Below are positions 57,533 to 64,000 of a stretch of 64,000 nucleotides of DNA, in pieces (the first letter of the stretch is position 1; every line of letters begins with the position of its first letter). Origin of the DNA: a bacterium (GTDB lineage: Bacteria > SAR324 > XYD2-FULL-50-16); assembly GCA_032250835.1 (NCBI GenBank), contig JAVVEA010000001.1, positions 143,869-207,868 of the forward strand. The letters run 5' to 3'. A program made the position numbers and the translations under genes. Below the pieces are notes generated by a model. The model saw only the letters and a list, made by a program, of their open reading frames with translations, searched no databases and was not told the origin of the DNA.

Positions 57533-58819
57533 ATGGCTGAGGAAGAAAAAAAAGACTCCCAAAATCACGCAGCAGAAGGGAACACCCAGGGCAAAGCGCC
57601 AGGGAACCAGATAGACCCTGCGTTGCTGGAGCGGATCAAAGAAGCTCTACCCCTACCTATTCCAGATGAGGACAATAGCTGGGATCTCCCCAAGTTAGCC
57701 AAAGGCAAAGAAAAGGGGGCCCTTTTTGGCCTGTTGAAGAAAAAAGAGCTTCCTTTTGAAACCTTGGCAGAACTACGCAAATCCGCAGTGATGTCTCCGG
57801 GGAATACCCTGCTTGAAGTCCAAAGGCTCCGCAAGAAATTCCCCTCCGACGCCACTCTGATGATGCTCTCGGCGACCTGCACCAACGGCATGATGACCAA
57901 CTCAAGCAGCAAAAAAGGCGTGCTTGAAGGGCTTAAAGGGGCAACCAGAGAAGCCGGTGGAGCGCTGTTGGCCGACGGGTTGAGCCTGTTTAATTGCGAC
58001 AACTTTTTAGCCATCTACTACAACTACCTCAACCGCCTCAAGCGCGAACAAGCCGCCGTAATCAAACAGATCATCAACGAACCACGGCTCAACTCCGAAA
58101 AGCTGAATATCGGCAAATCCCTTTCGGCTTGTGATTATCTTTCAGGCGATAAGACCAAAAATCAGGCCATTATGGGCCACCTGAAGAAAAAGATAAAATC
58201 CTCCAAGTTCACCACGCCTTGGTCCTTTAATGACATCCGCGGCGCGCTCAAAGCCATTGAAGCAAATAACTTAAAGGAAGAGTTCGGCATCGGTACGGCC
58301 CAAGAGTTGGTCAGTTTCACCTACGCCGTGATGGTCGCTTTTGCGCGCATCCCCATGCTTTGGCCGGTGGTGGAAACGGTCTTAGAGATGTTTCCCGAAA
58401 ACAACATGCCCCTGTTTTTGCGCAAACGCTCGGTCATAGGCGTGCGTCGGATCAACCATGTAAAGATTGCCCAGGCGCGCCAAGACCGCACGGCTATGGC
58501 CAAGAGCGCCTCGGCCTTGTTTAAGGAGTCCCTCGCCGTGTTAGGGAAGATTGAAGGCCAGCCGGTGCGCCAGCCCTATGAATCAGAGCCCTACTTTAAC
58601 CTGGCCTTAGCCGCGCAAATTGCTATGGGTACCTTACACCCAGAAGAGCAGCTTAATCTTTTGCGGACTTCCTTGAAGTACATGGAAAACTTGATCAAGT
58701 TGGACATGTCGAAGAACCACCGCTATACCGAAACGGCCAAACAATACACCCATATGTTGTCGGAAATGATCAACAGCTTTGGCGGCGACGGAAGCGGCGA
58801 CGGACAAGCCGCTTCTTAG
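57533..58819 (+). CDS. Hypothetical protein, 428 aa, Lys-rich N-terminus and Gly/Asp-rich C-terminal tail
   Basis: Long ORF, no recognisable domain. Confidence 0.5.
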   Translation: MAEEEKKDSQNHAAEGNTQGKAPGNQIDPALLERIKEALPLPIPDEDNSWDLPKLAKGKEKGALFGLLKKKELPFETLAELRKSAVMSPGNTLLEVQRLRKKFPSDATLMMLSATCTNGMMTNSSSKKGVLEGLKGATREAGGALLADGLSLFNCDNFLAIYYNYLNRLKREQAAVIKQIINEPRLNSEKLNIGKSLSACDYLSGDKTKNQAIMGHLKKKIKSSKFTTPWSFNDIRGALKAIEANNLKEEFGIGTAQELVSFTYAVMVAFARIPMLWPVVETVLEMFPENNMPLFLRKRSVIGVRRINHVKIAQARQDRTAMAKSASALFKESLAVLGKIEGQPVRQPYESEPYFNLALAAQIAMGTLHPEEQLNLLRTSLKYMENLIKLDMSKNHRYTETAKQYTHMLSEMINSFGGDGSGDGQAAS

Positions 58820-58839
58820 GCTGGGGCGAGACAAGAAGG

Positions 58840-59772
58840 CTACAACAACGACAGAGACCCTAAATAGGCAACCAACGAAACCAAGACGCTCAGGACAATG
58901 GCCTGGGAGGTCAGCTTTTCGTCTGCGCCCATCTGCTGGGCCATTATATAAGCCGCTGCAGCAGTCGGAGCGATCAGCAAAATCACCAAAATTCGCTGCT
59001 CCTCTTGGCTCAGGCCGATCACACGGGCAATCCAATAGCCGTAAAAAGGGGTCACAAAACACTTGATGACCGCCGCTATGACCGGCAACCGCCCCACCTG
59101 CTTCACACCGCTAAAGTCCGCACTAGCCCCCACGCCCATCAAGGCCAAAGGCAATACCGCAGCCGAAAGGACCCCTAAGGTTTTATCGAATACCATACCG
59201 ACCGGCCAATTCAGCTCCCCCCAGATCAGACCCAGCAAAACCGAGAGGATCAAGGGATTTCCCGCCAGCTGCCGGGCAAAATGACTCCATGCGGCCTTGG
59301 AAAAATTTAAATCAGCCGAGGCCAGCAAGACCACCCCGAAAACGTTGTAGATCAGGATACCTGGGGCCAAGACCAAGAATATCTGTCCCTCCAGCTCCGG
59401 CGTACCCAAGCCCCTAGCTTGCAGGTAAAAAAGCGCAACCGGCAGGCCTACGAAGGCCAAATTCCCCCTGAATCCAGCCTGCATAAAGGCCGCGCGCTGG
59501 GGCCCCGGCAACCGCATAAATACCGCCAGCAACGCTGAGGTAAAAATGCTGGCCAACGAAGCCAGCAACAAGGACCAGAAGAAAGGGGCCACTTGGTCTA
59601 TTTGGAATTCAAGGGCCTGGACCTTATGGAACAATAGCGCTGGAAGGCAAATCCAATACAATAGCGCGTTCAGGTTGCGCATAGACGAGGGCTCAAGCAG
59701 CCCCAATTTGCGCGCCAAAATACCCAGGCTGATCAAGATCATCACCGGAGCAATCGACCACAAGGCAATCAT
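58840..59772 (-). CDS. Auxin-efflux-carrier (AEC) family transporter
   Basis: 310 aa, about 10 TM. N-terminus (MIALWSIAPVMILISLGILARKLGLL) is typical of the AEC/malate-permease family. Confidence 0.65.
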   Translation of the reverse strand: MIALWSIAPVMILISLGILARKLGLLEPSSMRNLNALLYWICLPALLFHKVQALEFQIDQVAPFFWSLLLASLASIFTSALLAVFMRLPGPQRAAFMQAGFRGNLAFVGLPVALFYLQARGLGTPELEGQIFLVLAPGILIYNVFGVVLLASADLNFSKAAWSHFARQLAGNPLILSVLLGLIWGELNWPVGMVFDKTLGVLSAAVLPLALMGVGASADFSGVKQVGRLPVIAAVIKCFVTPFYGYWIARVIGLSQEEQRILVILLIAPTAAAAYIMAQQMGADEKLTSQAIVLSVLVSLVAYLGSLSLL

Positions 59773-59773
59773 T

Positions 59774-60064
59774 TCATAGCTCCTGGGTGATGCTCAAATC
59801 GCCTTCGGCAAAGCTACAACAGGCCAAACTAATGCCATCGATTTCTTCTATCCCACTGATATGTACGCTATTGAGTTCCTCGTGGCGGTATTCTCCCGAA
59901 AGAACCCTTATTTTACAACGCCCGCAATTGCCTTTTTTGCATCCATGTTCTAAGACGGAAACCCCCGCCTCAATCATGGCCCCTAATAAAGTCTGGTCCG
60001 GTCTTGCGGGAAACTTCAGCCCGCTTGGCAATACGGTGATGCTGTAGGCAGATTCACGGTTCAT
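59774..60064 (-). CDS. 2Fe-2S ferredoxin-like protein
   Basis: 96 aa. CKKGNCGRCKIRV...LACC cysteine pattern (C-x4-C-x2-C...C) of plant-type ferredoxin folds. Confidence 0.6.
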   Translation of the reverse strand: MNRESAYSITVLPSGLKFPARPDQTLLGAMIEAGVSVLEHGCKKGNCGRCKIRVLSGEYRHEELNSVHISGIEEIDGISLACCSFAEGDLSITQEL

Positions 60065-60457
60065 GGCAAACTAGATGTTAAGAGGGTTGTTAGGGGCTGC
60101 GCCTGGAAGATTAAGCTTACCTTAAGTTCCCTTTCTGCCACCCCGCAAAATCTATCATTGCGACCAAAGTTTGGCAAAGGCCAGGGTCTGCAGCTCTTTT
60201 TTTTGGTTTATACAAAAGACCCAAAGGATTTAGAGGGAACAGGGAAAACAAAAATGAAATAGTTTCTTTGGCCTGATTCATAGCCCAGGCGGCTTTAACC
60301 AGGTCAGCTGGCTGGGTGCCCCCCTTTATGCTCAAATAGAGACTAAATTGTTTAAAAAACCTTGCCGGGCACATTCTAAATTTGGAATAATGAAGCCGAA
60401 GTACCTCGTTTGAGGTGGGCGTATCCATTTGCCACTTTAGTAATACAGGGAGAGAAG

Positions 60458-61744
60458 ATGGCCGAAACAGCAAAAATTATCGTCGACGGCAAGGAAATCG
60501 AGCTACCGGTGATCAAAGGCAGCGAAGGTGAAATCGCGATCGACATCAGCAGCCTTAGAGGTAAGACCGGTGCCATCACCCTAGACAACGGGTTTGGCAA
60601 TACGGGCTCCTGCGAGAGCAGCATCACTTTCTTAAACGGCGAAGAAGGCATCTTGCGCTACCGAGGGTATCGCATCGAGGAGCTGTGCCAGAAATCCACC
60701 TTCTTAGAAGTCGCCTATCTGTTGATTTACGGCGAATTGCCCACCCAGGCGCAAATGAGCGAATGGCAACAGCACTTGACCATGCACACCATGATCAAAG
60801 AAGACATCAAGCGCTATTGGGATGCTTGGCCCGAAAACGCCCACCCAATGGGTCTCTTGAGCTCTGTGACTTCGGCATTGTCCACCTTTTACGAAGACAG
60901 CTTTGACGTATACGACCCCCGACAGGTGGAAATTTCAATCCATCGTTTGATCGCTAAGATCCCTACCGTTGCCGCCTACGCTTATAAGAAGTCGGTAGGG
61001 CAGCCTTATATGTACCCGAAAAACAAGCTGGGCTATGTAGAGAACTTCTTGCACATGATGTTCGCATTGCCTACCGACGACTATGAAGTGGACCCGGTCA
61101 TGGCCAAGGCACTCAATCAATTATTGATTCTTCACGCTGACCATGAGCAAAACTGTTCGACTTCGACGGTGCGGATGGTGGGCTCCTCTCATGCCAACCT
61201 GTTTGCCTCTGTGGCCGCAGGCGTATGCGCTCTTTGGGGCCCGTTGCATGGCGGTGCCAACCAAGCGGTTTTGGAAATGTTAGACGCCATCCACCAAGAC
61301 GGCGGCAATGTGGACAAATTTGTTAACAAAGCCAAAGACAAGGACGATCCCTTCCGGCTGATGGGCTTTGGACACCGAGTTTACAAGAATTTCGATCCCC
61401 GGGCCACGTTGATCAAAAAGACGGCCGACGAGGTACTCGCCAAGTTGGGCATCGCCGATCCGTTACTAGACATCGCCCAGAAGTTAGAAAGTATCGCCCT
61501 GAAAGACCCTTACTTCATCGAAAAGAAACTGTACCCCAACGTAGACTTCTATTCAGGGATCATCTACAAAGCCATGGGTTTCCCGACCAAGATGTTCACA
61601 GTGCTTTTTGCTATGGGTCGGCTTCCAGGCTGGATCGCCCAGTGGAAAGAAATGATCGAAAGCCCGGCGACCAAGATTGGCCGCCCGCGCCAGATCTACA
61701 CGGGCCACACCGAACGGCCCTATGTTCCGCTGGATAAACGTTAG
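60458..61744 (+). CDS. gltA: Citrate synthase (type II, hexameric-type)
   Basis: GFGHRVYKNFDPRA signature. Approx. 430 aa from the internal Met at 60458. Confidence 0.9.
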   Translation: MAETAKIIVDGKEIELPVIKGSEGEIAIDISSLRGKTGAITLDNGFGNTGSCESSITFLNGEEGILRYRGYRIEELCQKSTFLEVAYLLIYGELPTQAQMSEWQQHLTMHTMIKEDIKRYWDAWPENAHPMGLLSSVTSALSTFYEDSFDVYDPRQVEISIHRLIAKIPTVAAYAYKKSVGQPYMYPKNKLGYVENFLHMMFALPTDDYEVDPVMAKALNQLLILHADHEQNCSTSTVRMVGSSHANLFASVAAGVCALWGPLHGGANQAVLEMLDAIHQDGGNVDKFVNKAKDKDDPFRLMGFGHRVYKNFDPRATLIKKTADEVLAKLGIADPLLDIAQKLESIALKDPYFIEKKLYPNVDFYSGIIYKAMGFPTKMFTVLFAMGRLPGWIAQWKEMIESPATKIGRPRQIYTGHTERPYVPLDKR

Positions 61745-61747
61745 ACT

Positions 61748-63913
61748 CTAAGGAGCCAGTTTTTGGGCCTGCTCTAAGCAGGCACTGGCCTTTTGCGTTT
61801 GGCCTAGCTGTTCAAAAACATGGGCTAGGTTGTTCCAGGCGACCGGATATTTCCGGTTCGCCGCCAGAGCACGTAAGTAATACCGCCTAGCGCCATGCCA
61901 GTCTTCGCGCTCTAGGGCCAATCCCCCTAAAGCACTCCAAGCGGCAAAGTGTTTGCGGTCTAAGCGCAAGGCGCGGCGGAAGTCCAAGGCAGCGTCTTTG
62001 GGCCGTTTTAACCGGCGCAGCGCCAGACCTCGATTAAAGTAGCTACGCGGTTCTTGGTCATAAATATCCAAGGCTTGGCTAAAGCCCTCTAAGGCTTCTT
62101 CTAAGCGGTCCTTGCGGGCCGCTATATTCCCCAACGAAAACCAAACCCGCCAGTCGTCTCGGCGCAGAGAAAGGGCCTTTTCAAAGGCTCGTTGGGCGTC
62201 GTCGTATTTATGTTCGAGGTAGGCGGCGTCACCTAAGACTAAAACCAACTGATAGTCCGCCGGTTTGTTCCGCAGGCCGCTTTCGGCAATGCTTCGGGCC
62301 GCTAGGGGTTGTTCGCGCTCTAAGTAAAACTGGGCTAGTTGGTAATGGATTTCGGTATGTTGTGGATATTTTTTTAAGAGGTGCTGGTAAAGCTGCTCGG
62401 CCATTTCGGGCCGTCCGAAGTTGATCAGCAACCGCCCGAAGGGCAGTGAGTACTGCGCGTCGCCGACTCGCTGGAAGAGGCGCAGTTCGAGCCATTGCAC
62501 AAACATTAGATCCTGGCCGATACTCTTGAAGTGCCGGTAAAAGTCTTCCCAAATTGCAGGGCTGTAGGCGGCGAGCTCAAAAACCTGATCACAGGCGTCT
62601 AAAGCCTCCTCAAAACGTTCCTCGGCGCAAAGACGAACCATCACCCGTTTCCAGAGCTGATAGTCGTTTTTAAGGGCCGGAGCGGCCTTTATGAAGTATT
62701 GGTAGGCCTTTAAGGGCAAATCCTTTTCTAAGGCCACGTGACCCAACCGGGTCCAGGCGGCGTGGTGGGCCGGATTGGCCTTGATCACCTGCTCTAAACA
62801 GTTAAATTCCTCTTCTAGCTTCTTTTCAAGTTGGAAGCTCTGCGCCAGCCGGTACCAAGTTTCGTATTCCTGCTCTGAAATGGTCAGGCAGTCCTGCAAT
62901 AGTTTGTATGCCACCTCGGGACGGCCCTGGTTGAGGCGGATTTGGGCGATGGCGAAGTTGTTGTCCATGTCATAGGGATTGTGCTTCGACAGCTTGGCAC
63001 GCACTTCCAACTCTTTGTCTTTAGCACCAGATTGGGCGTAAAGCTTCGAGAGTGACTTAAGCACCCTTTGGTTTTCTCCGCCTAATTCGATCACTTTTAA
63101 GAAGCTAGCCTCCGCCTCGGCCGGTCTGGCCTCCGCCTGCGCTTGGGCTAGAAAGGTCCAAGCTTCTAGGTCCTTAGGGTTCAGCTCCACCACCCGGGCG
63201 AAGGGCTCTACCGCCTCGGCCTTGGTGGTCGAGTGGAAGAGCAGCTCGCCTAAGTTAAACCAAGTATCGGCCAGTGAAGAATCGATCGACAAGGACTGAC
63301 GGTAGGCATTTTCGGCCTCGGGCACTTGGAAGGCTTTTACATAAGCGTTGCCTAAGTTGTTCCAGATCGAGGGGTTGCTGTTGTCGATGTCCAGCGCCTT
63401 GGAATAACACTCAATGGCTCGCTCCCAATCGTTTTGAGCATGTGCCAACAGCCCCTTCTGCTCTAGGGCCCAAGGGCTATTGGCTTCGAGGTCCAAAGCC
63501 CGGTCCAAGACCTCTTCGGCTGCTTCATACTCACCCCGCAGATAGCGGTGCAGGCTCAAGCCTTTAAGGGCTTGAAGATTACGCTCGTTGACCTTTAAGG
63601 CGCGCTCAAAAAGCTCCAGGGCGCGGTGGGGCCGGTCGGTCTGCTCCATCAGGACCGCGAGATTGCACAGCGCCGCTTCGTCCCTTGGCTCTATGGCCAA
63701 AGCCCGTTCGTAGGCCTCTGCCGCGCGCTGCAATAGCCCTTGGCGCTGTAGCGACAAAGCCAAGTTATAGGCCGCCCGGAAGTGCTTGGGCGCGTTGCGT
63801 AACACTTCTTCAAGCTGCTCTACTGCTCCTAAATAATCGCCCCGCTTGATCGACTCTAGGGCGCGCTCGAATTGCCGTTCGGCAAACCTTTCTTTATGGG
63901 CTAAGGCGCTCAT
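61748..63913 (-). CDS. Tetratricopeptide (TPR) repeat protein
   Basis: 721 aa with about 18 consecutive 34-residue TPR units (W-LG-Y...A...A..P pattern). Confidence 0.8.
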   Translation of the reverse strand: MSALAHKERFAERQFERALESIKRGDYLGAVEQLEEVLRNAPKHFRAAYNLALSLQRQGLLQRAAEAYERALAIEPRDEAALCNLAVLMEQTDRPHRALELFERALKVNERNLQALKGLSLHRYLRGEYEAAEEVLDRALDLEANSPWALEQKGLLAHAQNDWERAIECYSKALDIDNSNPSIWNNLGNAYVKAFQVPEAENAYRQSLSIDSSLADTWFNLGELLFHSTTKAEAVEPFARVVELNPKDLEAWTFLAQAQAEARPAEAEASFLKVIELGGENQRVLKSLSKLYAQSGAKDKELEVRAKLSKHNPYDMDNNFAIAQIRLNQGRPEVAYKLLQDCLTISEQEYETWYRLAQSFQLEKKLEEEFNCLEQVIKANPAHHAAWTRLGHVALEKDLPLKAYQYFIKAAPALKNDYQLWKRVMVRLCAEERFEEALDACDQVFELAAYSPAIWEDFYRHFKSIGQDLMFVQWLELRLFQRVGDAQYSLPFGRLLINFGRPEMAEQLYQHLLKKYPQHTEIHYQLAQFYLEREQPLAARSIAESGLRNKPADYQLVLVLGDAAYLEHKYDDAQRAFEKALSLRRDDWRVWFSLGNIAARKDRLEEALEGFSQALDIYDQEPRSYFNRGLALRRLKRPKDAALDFRRALRLDRKHFAAWSALGGLALEREDWHGARRYYLRALAANRKYPVAWNNLAHVFEQLGQTQKASACLEQAQKLAP

Positions 63914-64000
63914 CTCATCTCTCCGATCAAGGCATTGTGCAGTAAAGGACGAAAGGCTTTCATTTCATTTAATTGGTGCTCGGCCCCATACCAGACCCGA

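Noticed and set aside
58634-59062. 142-aa and 95-aa ORFs overlapping the 3' end of the 428-aa gene and the AEC transporter gene
   Set aside because: The translations are Arg/Cys/Pro-rich and antisense to better-supported genes. They look like spurious shadow ORFs.
1-64000. CRISPR arrays, integrase/transposase genes, rRNA genes
   Set aside because: No regularly spaced direct repeats were seen, and no recombinase- or transposase-like translations appear in the ORF track. Only one tRNA and no rRNA-like sequence was recognised.

Overview
This 64-kb window looks like chromosomal sequence from a Gram-negative (diderm) bacterium with roughly 52-54% GC (by eye). Coding density is about 90% on both strands. 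Lnt, LptF/G, PlsY and an ArnT-like GT-C glycosyltransferase support the diderm assignment. The gene content resembles a Bdellovibrio-like or delta/oligoflexal lineage, but this cannot be verified from the sequence alone.

Recognisable housekeeping genes:
- a giant (~1590 aa) NAD-specific glutamate dehydrogenase;
- plsY, mnmA and a dedicated cysteine desulfurase;
- mtnP, truA, trxA, rpiB, suhB-like, thrC;
- an AhpC-type peroxiredoxin;
- lnt and selA, translationally coupled;
- ilvD, ptsI, ctaA and a type II citrate synthase.

Signalling proteins:
- a REC-HD-GYP regulator;
- a 1167-aa membrane PAS-GGDEF-EAL protein;
- a 1025-aa hybrid histidine kinase with a periplasmic solute-binding-like sensor;
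- an MCP;
- a DtxR-family metalloregulator with a candidate operator.

One tRNA-Ala(GGC) is present. Directly downstream is a lower-GC stretch carrying a membrane-anchored staphylococcal-nuclease-like gene, followed by a 458-bp AT-rich gap.

Accessory or poorly explained content:
- a RelE/ParE-like small ORF followed by a TerB-like protein;
- an orphan fused solute-binding-protein/permease ABC component;
- a secreted 14-blade WD40 protein with an unknown 350-aa C-terminal domain, sitting between a K+ channel and an Ig-like lipoprotein;
- several large lineage-specific hypothetical proteins (583, 501 and 428 aa), two of them flanking a 463-bp AT-rich intergenic region;
- a tightly overlapped four-gene operon: CoA-binding protein, chorismate-mutase-like protein, DUF2064 protein, GT2 glycosyltransferase.

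No CRISPR array, integrase, transposase or rRNA gene was seen. All calls are based on motif-level reading of the provided translations; no database search was run.
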